The position numbers and the translations under genes are program-made. Positions 1-9,229 of a stretch of 58,423 bases of DNA are shown piece after piece. Location: the NCBI GenBank assembly GCA_965662715.1, contig CBFIIS010000003.1, positions 1 to 58,423 of the forward strand, written 5' to 3'. The notes beneath the pieces are model-generated. The model made no database searches. It had not been told where the DNA came from and saw only the letters and a list, made by a program, of their open reading frames with translations. How positions within the stretch are numbered: the first letter of the stretch is position 1; each line of letters begins with the position of its first letter. The DNA comes from Candidatus Poseidoniaceae archaeon. GTDB lineage: Archaea > Thermoplasmatota > Poseidoniia > Poseidoniales > Poseidoniaceae.

Positions 1-3000
1 CAACCTGTTCGACTGTTTTTATTGGGCCAAATGCTTCCATTGAGGGTGGTGTCGACGGGCGTCGATTCTGGGCTTGCTCAATCAGCGTTTGTGAATCAAA
101 CACATCATCCAACATGTCCTCAGCATCACCATTCCATGGGGTGTCGTTGCCACCCTTTCTCCGCCGTGTCAACAAACCAAGCAACGTTAGGATACTGATG
201 AGTAAGGCCAGTTGGGCAAGAGAATTTGCTTCTTCACCAATAAGTCCAGCACTGATTTGTTCAAGCGAATTCCGCTCCGCTGGAGCAACGTCGATGACCA
301 TTGTTGCTTGGCCTGGTCGTTCGGGGTTTTCGTCCCATGCAATGGCCTTGACACGGATTTGGCCTGGGCTTCGGAACATGTGTTGAACGGTTGTACCAAC
401 CAAATCTGCATCGTTATCTTTGATTCCATCACCGTTGCTATCAATGGTTATATCGAGATCCCACACCACCGTTAGGCTGTCAATATCGTTGGCTGAATCG
501 ATGGTTTGTTGAGCGCTAAGAACGCAGATCTGGTAGGCCATGCAGTCCAAATTTTGCAATCGAACAATCGGGGGCATGTTCAAGACTTCAACACTCAAAA
601 TCTCGCTGGTTTGAGCCCCGTCGTCATCTGTAACATGGTAGATGATCGTGTGTGTGCCGCTTCGGTTCCAGGTGTAGGTTAACACATCACCTTCGATATC
701 ACAATCGTCATCAGCGCCTCCAATGTCATTGCTGTCAACCCCTGGATCGATGTCCCAACAGCGTACAAGGCTTGCTTGGTCGCTTGGTGTATCGGTAGCA
801 TTTCCTGTGATGGTGATCGATTGCCCTTCGGCAATAGGAAGGATTGAGACCAGTGGTTCAATGACAGGCGGTACATTTCGCACGTTGACCCAACGCTCGT
901 TGATGGTGCTTGCTTCCCCATCTTCATCACTCACTTCCAGGCGGATGGTGTGGAGTCCAGATGTTGACCACATCATTGGGAAGGTCGAGACCCTTCCTGT
1001 GAATGAATACATCAACGATGGTTCTTGACCATCAGGCCACCATGTGTGAGTCAATGTGTCCAGATCATCAATCGAATCCAGTGCTTGTCCACGTACATTG
1101 ACGGATTCATCTTCGTCGAGGTACCATATTTGCTGTTCATCGCTGGCAAGAATTGCATCGTTTTGGAGCAGTGCAATGGATGTGCCATGGGGTGCGATAT
1201 TGGTGAATTTAATGTCGATGGTCGCCATGGTGGTAGCTGAATCATCATCGGTTCCAACGGCCGTGAAGGTGTGCCAACCCTCTGTTGGTGCGGTGGTGGT
1301 GCAGACCCTCGTGTAATAGCCCTCTTGGCATATTGCATCAGGCCAATAGACGTCAACTACGCCGGGCCATGCATCCTCAGAATCAGAATCATTGGCATAG
1401 GCATAAAGCGTGATTGGGTGCTCGACCTTCGCTTCAGTTCGCGAACTTCGAATCTCAATTTTCGGCTCTCGATTCCCGATCGAAGCGAGCAATGTCACAG
1501 TCTGCTCGTCACGTTCTTCATCGATGACAGTGACTTCGACTGGGTAATCGCCATCATCTATCCAAGTGTAATCCACACTGCAGTCCTCTGAAGGGATTTT
1601 CTCCCAAGCCCATGTCCGAGTGCCATCATCGTATGGGATGTTGAATTCGCAGACAACGGTTCCACCGTCTTCATCAAAGCTGCTTCCAGCATCGAGTGTG
1701 ATTTCTTCGAGGGTGAGTGCGCTCGCGTTTTGAACCACCGGTGTCGGCAATCGCCCGACAAACATCGCAAGTTGTGCCACATCGTTGTCTGGATTTGCAT
1801 CTGCAGAATTGATGTTGGAGGGGTCAGCTTCCCAAGTTATTGGTAGGATGCCAATGGTTTGATCATCGGGCACCACCCAAGAGAAGTTGACCTTATGAGC
1901 AGCGTATGTTGCCAAGGGTGGAAGTGCATACGATGTGTCTTGGCCATCAGGTCCACTGACCATGATGGTTGATGTCGCCGAGGTAGTAATGCCTCTGTTT
2001 TGAACGCCTACTTCGACCATTAACTCGTCGCCAGGAAGGACATTCCAGCCCGACAACGAGTTGAGTTCAGAAAGCACACCGCTCCTGTTTCTCAGGACCT
2101 TTGCGAACTCCTCACTTGCGATCAAATCCAATCCAACGAGGTACTCATCGAGGGTGAGGGTCGAAGCGCCAACGGTTGTGGTGGATTGAGAGGCAGGGTC
2201 GATGCGTGCCACAATGCCGTGGCTTGCCCAATCGAGTAAGCTTGCAGATGAGTCTTTTTCTTGCCCCACTTGAATGGTGAAAAACGCACTTCCATTGGCA
2301 GCAGTGGTCCCTGTCAACACCGAAGATGTGGTCTCATGTCGAAGTTCAATGGGGAGTCCACTTGCCGGATTAAAGCAAGAAGTGGAGGCATTGACCCAAA
2401 CCCCAAGTGGCGTATTGAGCGCGGTGATGGTGTTTTCCAAATCGACCACTAAACATTCCTCTCGATTCCCGGGGTTGCTGTATTCGTCAACACCAGTCGC
2501 TCCAACCGGGATGTACTGCTTGAGTTTGAAATCAATTGTCAAACCGATATCATCTGAAGTATGAAGCCAAGCATAATTCGACACCTCTGGACAATACCAT
2601 CGGTAGCCAGTTGGCGCCCCGTCACTGTTCACTGATTGCAATTCATACGAGGCATTGCAACCTCCATAACCGATGGTTTGACCAAAACTATTGCGAGGTT
2701 TGCCAACGCTGGTCACCTCCCAAGTGGTGCTGTTGGTATCACTTGTTGGAACTGGGAATGGTGTGATGTAATCGCTGGAACCAGACCACTGTGCAGAAGA
2801 TGTTGTTGTTGTTGTCCATTGTTCATTCAATCGCAATGGAAAATCATAGGTTTCAGAGACAGGGCTGTAGGTGGTGCTGATGGTAATGTCACCGAGGATT
2901 TGAGTCAAACTTGAAATCCCATAGGGAACAAATCGAATGTACATGTCAAGGTCGCTTCGCAAGCTTGCAAGGTCACTTACTCTGAGGTATTCAGTTTGGC

Positions 3001-3400
3001 TGTACGTGATGTAGACATTGCCCCCAAAACCTTCGAGCGACACACCCGATTTGTCGAAATTAGCGGAGGATTTCAGAGTATAGGCGAGAACAGACATGTT
3101 GTCGACACTGCGCTCAGTGATATCGAGAACTTCCATTGTCGTGTCACCATAGATTTCGCCAACTGTTGCTTCAACTCCAGTGTCGGTGACGAGCAGTGTT
3201 GGATCAAAGGTCCCAGAATAGACCCATTTATCGCCCACCCTCCACGTAGGCACATCGCTTACACCAGGATCGCTACCTGCGCTTCGTGCTGGTGTGTTTT
3301 CATGCTCGAAATCAACCGTAAGCACCGGAGTTTGCACACTAAAACACAAAAGAACCACGAGCAAAATTGCCGAGGTGGCTCGCCTGAGGTTCGGGCGCAT
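1..3400 (-). CDS. Large secreted, C-terminally membrane-anchored surface protein with CARDB-like and multiple PKD-like domains (3' end runs off window)
   Basis: Not in the ORF track because there is no stop in the window. Manual translation from ATG 3400 reads open to the window edge: MRPNLRRATSAILLVVLLCFSVQ (signal peptide), PTWRVGDKWVY, CARDB-like VEVGVQNRG...DANPDNDVA, PKD-like ITLDAGSSFDEDG / GLHTIRLEVSDEDG / GTHTIIYHVTDDDG, then TM LAQLALLISILTLLGLL-TRRRK. Confidence 0.85.
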   Translation of the reverse strand, partial: MRPNLRRATSAILLVVLLCFSVQTPVLTVDFEHENTPARSAGSDPGVSDVPTWRVGDKWVYSGTFDPTLLVTDTGVEATVGEIYGDTTMEVLDITERSVDNMSVLAYTLKSSANFDKSGVSLEGFGGNVYITYSQTEYLRVSDLASLRSDLDMYIRFVPYGISSLTQILGDITISTTYSPVSETYDFPLRLNEQWTTTTTSSAQWSGSSDYITPFPVPTSDTNSTTWEVTSVGKPRNSFGQTIGYGGCNASYELQSVNSDGAPTGYRWYCPEVSNYAWLHTSDDIGLTIDFKLKQYIPVGATGVDEYSNPGNREECLVVDLENTITALNTPLGVWVNASTSCFNPASGLPIELRHETTSSVLTGTTAANGSAFFTIQVGQEKDSSASLLDWASHGIVARIDPASQSTTTVGASTLTLDEYLVGLDLIASEEFAKVLRNRSGVLSELNSLSGWNVLPGDELMVEVGVQNRGITTSATSTIMVSGPDGQDTSYALPPLATYAAHKVNFSWVVPDDQTIGILPITWEADPSNINSADANPDNDVAQLAMFVGRLPTPVVQNASALTLEEITLDAGSSFDEDGGTVVCEFNIPYDDGTRTWAWEKIPSEDCSVDYTWIDDGDYPVEVTVIDEERDEQTVTLLASIGNREPKIEIRSSRTEAKVEHPITLYAYANDSDSEDAWPGVVDVYWPDAICQEGYYTRVCTTTAPTEGWHTFTAVGTDDDSATTMATIDIKFTNIAPHGTSIALLQNDAILASDEQQIWYLDEDESVNVRGQALDSIDDLDTLTHTWWPDGQEPSLMYSFTGRVSTFPMMWSTSGLHTIRLEVSDEDGEASTINERWVNVRNVPPVIEPLVSILPIAEGQSITITGNATDTPSDQASLVRCWDIDPGVDSNDIGGADDDCDIEGDVLTYTWNRSGTHTIIYHVTDDDGAQTSEILSVEVLNMPPIVRLQNLDCMAYQICVLSAQQTIDSANDIDSLTVVWDLDITIDSNGDGIKDNDADLVGTTVQHMFRSPGQIRVKAIAWDENPERPGQATMVIDVAPAERNSLEQISAGLIGEEANSLAQLALLISILTLLGLLTRRRKGGNDTPWNGDAEDMLDDVFDSQTLIEQAQNRRPSTPPSMEAFGPIKTVEQV

Positions 3401-3423
3401 GCTACGCCACTCACTCAATAGAA

Positions 3424-3429
3424 CATCAA
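3424..3429 (-). promoter_or_regulatory. Putative non-canonical TATA element TTGATG
   Basis: 23 nt upstream of ATG 3400; the same spacing recurs across the window. Confidence 0.5.
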
Positions 3430-3464
3430 CGCTTCTCCTACTGGAGGATGGAATCTGGTTGGAA

Positions 3465-4085
3465 TCAGTATTCCAACAAGTCTGCCAGTTCGTCCTTGAT
3501 GATTTCCACAGCTTCGAGGATTTCATCCTTGTGACGTGCACCAGTGATGACCATTTTTCCGCTACCGAAGATCAAGCAAACCACCTTCGGGTAATCAAGT
3601 CGATAGATAAGACCCGGGAATTGCTCTGGTTCATACTCCACCTTGTCGAATGGTAGGTGGAAGGTCAAGTTGTTGAGGTTCAATTTTCGGGGCACGCCTG
3701 CTTGAGGCTCGCCAGTGAATTTGTCGTTTCCAGGATAGTCCTCGGGGTAATGGAGGGCGTAGGTCGCAACCATGTTTTGAACTTCGATTTCGACTTGATC
3801 GAGGTTCCAGGTTTCGATACCTGCTGCTCGCAAATCGTTAATCATTCGCTCGATTCCAGTGTGGATGTTGTCCTCGTTCTTTCCACCGGTGCATACGGCT
3901 CGGCCAGATCGGAACATGAGGATCGCAAGTTTTGGTTCAGTGACACGATAGACGACACCTGGGAATTGTTCAGGCTCGTATTCACAATTCAACTGAATTG
4001 CGATGTCAGGTAGGTCAAGTTCCTCAGCAACTCGTGTGCTGGCAACCACGTTCACAACAGTTAGACGTTCTTCATCGGTAGTCAT
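3465..4085 (-). CDS. tbp: TATA-box binding protein
   Basis: Two repeats: VNVVAS...YEPEQFPGVVYR...LMFRSG and VQNMVAT...YEPEQFPGLIYR...LIFGSGKMVITGA. Confidence 0.98.
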   Translation of the reverse strand: MTTDEERLTVVNVVASTRVAEELDLPDIAIQLNCEYEPEQFPGVVYRVTEPKLAILMFRSGRAVCTGGKNEDNIHTGIERMINDLRAAGIETWNLDQVEIEVQNMVATYALHYPEDYPGNDKFTGEPQAGVPRKLNLNNLTFHLPFDKVEYEPEQFPGLIYRLDYPKVVCLIFGSGKMVITGARHKDEILEAVEIIKDELADLLEY

Positions 4086-4095
4086 AGTGCTACCG

Positions 4096-4115
4096 ATATA
4101 TAACCACTATATAAA
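4096..4115 (-). promoter_or_regulatory. tbp promoter: canonical TATA box TTTATATA (4115-4108) plus a second TTATATAT (4103-4096)
   Basis: Minus strand reads TTTTATTTATATAGTGGTTATATATCGGTAGCACT-ATG. Confidence 0.75.
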
Positions 4116-4169
4116 TAAAAGGCAGACGCCTTGGTTCTGTAGATTCTCTAAATGTGACACTGCGGACGC

Positions 4170-5342
4170 TTATGAATCGGGGCTCCATATCGGTACACTG
4201 TCGATCGCTTCAACCCTCACGCCGTCGTTTCCAAATTTCGAAATAAATGCTCTTCCACCTGCGAGTTCGATGGCTTCGCTCGTTGTTTTTGGGTCTCGAG
4301 TGAGGGCGACCATGCAACCACCACCTCCTGCTCCAGTCAATTTTGCGCCAAGTGATGTTGGGGCGGCAGCTCGAATCAGTGCGTCAAGTTCTGGGCATGA
4401 AACACCAAGGCCGCGAAGCATAATTTGATTTTCCGTCATAGCACGGCCTACAGCATCAAAATCACCATTTTTCAATGCCGAGATTCCTCTTCGTGCAATG
4501 GTTCCAATCGTTTCGATTTCTTTCATGCGTTCCGGCTCCTGCACAATCGCTTCAGCGACCTTGGCTACTTGTGCAGATGTGGGGGCATACACTCCAGTAT
4601 TTCCAATGACCAAAAACAGATCATCGCTCCCCTCAGGTACCTTGAGGTCGTGCAACTCCCAAGTTCGCTTTCCATCACTCATTTCCAATGCTCTTCGATA
4701 AAGATGAGTTGCATCGTCTTCCACCTGATCACTCAGCAGAACAACACCCCCGTGAGCGCATGTTGAGGCGTCCATCGGCGATGCTCTGCCTCCCTGAGCT
4801 GCGGCTTCCACAGCATGTCCAAGTATGGCACACTCATCGATATCAAGAGCAGATTCAGCATGGATCATATGTGTTCGATTATCGTAATTCGACGGCCTCA
4901 ATCCAGCCTTCTCATCATCAAACGTGGCGTAAGCATCCGTGTCGCCAATGGAACTTGAATAGCCTTCAGCCCAATGATGAGCTCCGTCCCTTGCTTCAAC
5001 CATCCATCGTCCTCGAGCCACTCGGAGTGCAGCGCAGGCTGCCACGCTCAATGCAGCCGAAGATCCAAGTCCTGAAGCACGTGGAATATCGCCCGTAATT
5101 TGAATGGAAAGGGGTGGTGCCCCGTCTTTGGTAGGCCACAGGCGATGCCTCAATGTGTTGAGATGGGGGTGTTTTTTGCCCTCGAGTCTGTGCCCCTCAA
5201 GCCGCCAATGTTCATCTGGTGAAGGCTGGATGCTGACCTTTATTCGCTGTTCAATGGCGACGGCTACGGCTGGTTGACCAAAGACCACTGCATGCTCACC
5301 GAACAAGATGCACTTTCCAGGGGCGCTCGCTTCAACCAACAT
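4170..5342 (-). CDS. mvk: Mevalonate kinase (GHMP family) with large insertion
   Basis: SAPGKCILFGEHAVV, IPRASGLGSSAA, ASPMD, GAKLTGAGGGGC. Confidence 0.9.
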   Translation of the reverse strand: MLVEASAPGKCILFGEHAVVFGQPAVAVAIEQRIKVSIQPSPDEHWRLEGHRLEGKKHPHLNTLRHRLWPTKDGAPPLSIQITGDIPRASGLGSSAALSVAACAALRVARGRWMVEARDGAHHWAEGYSSSIGDTDAYATFDDEKAGLRPSNYDNRTHMIHAESALDIDECAILGHAVEAAAQGGRASPMDASTCAHGGVVLLSDQVEDDATHLYRRALEMSDGKRTWELHDLKVPEGSDDLFLVIGNTGVYAPTSAQVAKVAEAIVQEPERMKEIETIGTIARRGISALKNGDFDAVGRAMTENQIMLRGLGVSCPELDALIRAAAPTSLGAKLTGAGGGGCMVALTRDPKTTSEAIELAGGRAFISKFGNDGVRVEAIDSVPIWSPDS

Positions 5343-5460
5343 TTCTTTGCCGCCCAGTGGGAGCCACGAACCGGCGCTTGATATCCCTTGTTGAAAGTTG
5401 GCTTAATTTGTAGATTTTATTACGGTGCATTGAAAGATTGGTTTTGGCTGGCATGGGTGA

Positions 5461-5475
5461 AGGGGCTTAGCCCCT
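5461..5475. promoter_or_regulatory. Perfect inverted repeat AGGGGCT-T-AGCCCCT (operator or 5'-UTR hairpin)
   Basis: 7-1-7 palindrome ending 15 nt before ATG 5491, just upstream of a GGTGA SD-like motif. Confidence 0.45.
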
Positions 5476-5490
5476 CTTCGGTGAAGGACC

Positions 5491-7527
5491 ATGGAACACC
5501 CACTTTCAATGTCGTATGGGCCACTCCCTGGCTGGGTGCTGTTGCTCGTGCTGGGAGGCATTTCTGGAGGTTTTTTCCTCTATCAAGTCGTTAAAGCATC
5601 ACGCTTGGTGATGATCGGGGCGCCAGATGACCGTTTCGATAACTGGGGGGCTCGAATCAAAGAAGTGATCACGGGCTGGCTCGGTCAGAAGCGTGTGCTA
5701 CAAGACAGAATCGCCGGTGGTATTCACGTCCTCATGTTCTGGGGATTTTTGATGCTGTCCACCGACATGTTTGACCTAGCCACTGCCAATTACTTCTCAC
5801 ACCACATTTTACCAGACCTTGTACGAGGTCCTTGGAATCTGATTGTGGAAACAGGCTACACCATCGCTTTGGTTGGCTGCATGGCGGCTTTGTTGCGCAG
5901 GGTTGTCTTTACCCCTGAAAAATTGAAGGGTAAATCGCAGCTTGAAGGCAATGTCATTCTGCTTCTGATCATGACCATCACCGTCACCTCCTTTTTCGTT
6001 GAAGCTGGTGAGGCGGGTGTCTCAGCGAAATGGGAGCCAATCGGCTACTGGGTTGCTGAAAGTATTTCACCAAGCACCGTACTCGTCGTTGCGTCCTACT
6101 GGATGCATATGCTCGCCATCTCGACCTTCTTATTCCTGATTCCATTGTCCAAGCACATGCACTTGGTGATGGCCTTCCCGAATGTCTTCTTCCACGACAT
6201 GCGCCCGATGGCGACCATGGAACCTCTCGCAAGGGGAGAGGATGGCAAAGCCGTCCTCCTCGATGATCTTGATATTGAATCCTTTGGTACGGTTAACTAC
6301 ACCGACCTTACATGGCGAAATTTGATTGATGGATGGGCTTGCACATCATGCGCAAGATGCCAAGACGTATGCCCTGCTTATGCAAGCGGTAAAGCGCTTA
6401 ACCCAATGCAAATTATTCACGATGTTCGCCATTATGCAAACGACAATTCGACCGCATTAATGGCAGGCGAAACGCCTGAACAAGACATCATTGCCCGATT
6501 TGGCGAAGATGCCATCTGGGCATGCACCACGTGCCATGCTTGTGTTGAAGCCTGTCCGATTTACATCGATCATGTTCCAAAACTCACCGATGCCCGTCGT
6601 CATCTGATGATGGAGCGTATGGAATTTGACGAAAGCGTCGAAGAGACCATCATGCCACTCATGGCGACCATTGAGAACCTTGAATCAGATTCAAACCCCT
6701 ATGGTTTGCCGGCTCACGAGCGTGGGGATTGGGCGGATGGACTTGACGTCAAGGTGGCAGAACCAGCGGAGTACATCTATTTCGCAGGCTGTGCTGCATC
6801 TTTCGACGAACGCAACAAAAAGGTCGCTCGAGACACGATCAGCGTCATGAAGGAAGCCGGTCTTGATGTCGGTATCCTTGGCATGCAAGAAGGCTGCAGT
6901 GGGGACTCCGCTCGACGAGCTGGAAATGAGTACCTCTTCCAGATGTTAGCAGAAACAAATCTTGCTACCTTCGAAGAGATTGGAGTCAAGAAGATTGTTG
7001 CCTCATGCCCTCACTGTTTCCATACCCTTGGTAAGGAATACAAAGACTATGGTGGTGAAGACATCGAAGTGATGCACCACTCACAACTCATCAACCATCT
7101 CCAGCAAGAAGGAAAACTTCCAGATCCAAAGCACGATCCATCCGTGACCTTCCACGATCCGTGCTACCTCGGCCGCATTGGCGGTGAACTCGATGCACCT
7201 CGAAATGCGATTGGTGGCGTCGATGTGGAAATCGAGCGCCATGGAAAGCAATCCTTCTGTTGCGGTGCCGGTGGCGCTCAAATGTGGATGGAAGAGGATG
7301 CAGACCAACGCGTCAATGTCATCAGGGCCAAAGAGATAGCAGAAACCGGAGCAGAAACTGTTGCTGTTGGATGTCCGTTCTGCTCGACCATGGTCAGCGA
7401 CGGGTTGACCGCCATTGATTCCGAGATGGAAGTCAAAGATATTGCGGAAATCGTTTGGGAACAGATTAAGGCGAACGATGCTGCGATTGAAGCCAAGAAA
7501 GCAGCAGCCGCAGAAGCCGAAGCTTGA
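5491..7527 (+). CDS. Membrane-bound Fe-S oxidoreductase, FadF/HdrD-like (multi-TM domain, 4Fe-4S dicluster, two CCG domains)
   Basis: N-terminal TM helices; CTSCARCQDVCP and CTTCHACVEACP; YFAGC, GCSG, SCPHC, HDPCY, CCGAGG, GCPFC. Confidence 0.9.
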   Translation: MEHPLSMSYGPLPGWVLLLVLGGISGGFFLYQVVKASRLVMIGAPDDRFDNWGARIKEVITGWLGQKRVLQDRIAGGIHVLMFWGFLMLSTDMFDLATANYFSHHILPDLVRGPWNLIVETGYTIALVGCMAALLRRVVFTPEKLKGKSQLEGNVILLLIMTITVTSFFVEAGEAGVSAKWEPIGYWVAESISPSTVLVVASYWMHMLAISTFLFLIPLSKHMHLVMAFPNVFFHDMRPMATMEPLARGEDGKAVLLDDLDIESFGTVNYTDLTWRNLIDGWACTSCARCQDVCPAYASGKALNPMQIIHDVRHYANDNSTALMAGETPEQDIIARFGEDAIWACTTCHACVEACPIYIDHVPKLTDARRHLMMERMEFDESVEETIMPLMATIENLESDSNPYGLPAHERGDWADGLDVKVAEPAEYIYFAGCAASFDERNKKVARDTISVMKEAGLDVGILGMQEGCSGDSARRAGNEYLFQMLAETNLATFEEIGVKKIVASCPHCFHTLGKEYKDYGGEDIEVMHHSQLINHLQQEGKLPDPKHDPSVTFHDPCYLGRIGGELDAPRNAIGGVDVEIERHGKQSFCCGAGGAQMWMEEDADQRVNVIRAKEIAETGAETVAVGCPFCSTMVSDGLTAIDSEMEVKDIAEIVWEQIKANDAAIEAKKAAAAEAEA

Positions 7528-7544
7528 TGCTAAGAGGTGGCTTT

Positions 7545-8501
7545 GTGAGCCAACACATCGATCAAGCCTCATTGTTGGCTTGGTTTGCAGAGCATCAAAG
7601 GGACCTGCCTTGGAGAACACTCAGTGATCCATGGCCAATTCTTCTTTCCGAGATACTACTTCAACAAACTCAAGTCAGCAGGGGTGTCGTGTTTTGGCAA
7701 CGTTTGTTTGACCGGTATCCAACCATCCAAAGCATGGCTGAATCGACAGAGGAAGAAGTGCTCTATTTGTGGCAGGGTGCAGGCTACTACAGTCGAGCGC
7801 GTCGTCTTTTCCAACTGTCTAAGGTTGTATGTTCACCGGTTGACAAAGGAGGTTTTGATGGCGTTTTACCAACCGATGCAGCTCAACTTGAATCACTCCC
7901 AGGCATTGGTCCATACACTGCGGCAGCAGTAGCAAGTATTGCTCACGGTGAATCGATTGCATGCGTTGATGGAAACGTCAAGCGGGTCATGGCTCGCCAA
8001 AAAAGCATCAAACGACCATCTGAAAAAGAGGTTCAACAATGGGCTGATGATGTGCTTTGGCAACCCGATGCTGGGGCATGGAATCAAGCAGTAATGGAAC
8101 TCGGCGCTACGATCTGCACACCCAAGAGCCCCCGTTGTAACATTTGTCCTGTGGTGGAATCCTGCACAGGGACCACGGCACCGGACCAGTATCCGGCTCC
8201 AAAAGTACGAAAGAAGAAACGAATGGATTTGATGTGCATTATCCGCCTTGACGCCAATGGTATGCCTGAATTACAACAACGAGATGAGTCTGGAATCTTG
8301 GCCGGCATGTGGGGGCCTCCACTCGCCAAAACGTTCGATGTTGAAGGGTTGGAGTACCTTGGTGAGATTCAGCATGTGCTTTCCCATAGAGACATGCGCA
8401 TCAAGGTCTGGCGCAGTGATTGCGAGCAGGGCGTTGATCCCTCGAGCGTCCCATTATCATCACTTGATGTGAAACTTCTTGCACTTGCCGACCTTCATTG
8501 A
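7545..8501 (+). CDS. mutY: A/G-specific adenine DNA glycosylase
   Basis: RDLPWR, SEILLQQTQV, WQGAGYYSRARRL, LPGIGPYTA, VDGNVKRV, MELGATICTPKSPRCNICPV. Start set at GTG 7545 behind SD GAGGTGG (alternatives 7524/7527). Confidence 0.93.
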   Translation: MSQHIDQASLLAWFAEHQRDLPWRTLSDPWPILLSEILLQQTQVSRGVVFWQRLFDRYPTIQSMAESTEEEVLYLWQGAGYYSRARRLFQLSKVVCSPVDKGGFDGVLPTDAAQLESLPGIGPYTAAAVASIAHGESIACVDGNVKRVMARQKSIKRPSEKEVQQWADDVLWQPDAGAWNQAVMELGATICTPKSPRCNICPVVESCTGTTAPDQYPAPKVRKKKRMDLMCIIRLDANGMPELQQRDESGILAGMWGPPLAKTFDVEGLEYLGEIQHVLSHRDMRIKVWRSDCEQGVDPSSVPLSSLDVKLLALADLH

Positions 8502-8512
8502 CCACGTGTCCA

Positions 8513-9229
8513 TTATTCTGAAACGTTTCCTCTTATCTCGAGGTCAAACCGAAACGAGGCAAGCATCATCACGAGGCTGAGAAATAAAATGTATTCAGCA
8601 GGGGCGGCGATGTTGATGGCGGCTTGAGACATGTTCATGATTTCAGTTCCATCTCTTAATCCACCATCAATCACATGCGTCTGTACGGAGCGCGCCAATG
8701 ACAGGTTCATGATTGCAAACGAAACTGCGCCGACAACCATCCAGAATTTTCTGTGAGCCTGTCCTAGGCTCAAGGTATTGGAGAGGGTAATGTGGGTGGT
8801 ATACGACCATGCATAGCCACTCATGAACACCACCATTGCGAGAATGCTGTGGATGATGATATAGTCGTGCATACTGAACCATGACATACAGATTAACGAA
8901 ACGCCAGAGATCAATCCCAACCACTTTGCTACATGACTGAACTTTTGTTCATGGATGGAATCAAAGGTATGGGCAAGGCGCAATGAAAGAGCGCATAAGA
9001 GCACTCCACCGAGTGTGAACCCAGCAGTGAACACCAGCCGCTCGAGGCCAGGGTAGTCTGATTCAGATATGAAAAAAGGGATCGCCCTGGAGTGTCCCGA
9101 GACCACATGTATGGTCATCGAAGTGATGCCCGTGAACAGAATGAGAAGCCATGTGCCTTTCAAGAGGTGTTCATCTCGCACCACAGATGTTCCGATCTGC
9201 AGGCCGTGTTCACCGCTCCAGTCAATCAC
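8513..9229 (-). CDS. Multi-pass membrane protein, Frag1/DRAM/Sfk1-like
   Basis: ~6 TM helices; PFFISES...ERLVF, His in IIIHSILA, terminal AEY...SF pattern. GTG 9229 overlaps the upstream stop (GTGA). Confidence 0.6.
   Translation of the reverse strand: MIDWSGEHGLQIGTSVVRDEHLLKGTWLLILFTGITSMTIHVVSGHSRAIPFFISESDYPGLERLVFTAGFTLGGVLLCALSLRLAHTFDSIHEQKFSHVAKWLGLISGVSLICMSWFSMHDYIIIHSILAMVVFMSGYAWSYTTHITLSNTLSLGQAHRKFWMVVGAVSFAIMNLSLARSVQTHVIDGGLRDGTEIMNMSQAAINIAAPAEYILFLSLVMMLASFRFDLEIRGNVSE

Noticed and set aside
114-3421. Many short ORFs in the track on both strands
   Set aside because: They are shadows of the single long minus-strand CDS <1..3400
4848-5009. MVK, TBP and PolX insertions as possible inteins
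   Set aside because: Too short, and no N-terminal Cys/Ser block or C-terminal His-Asn splice motif
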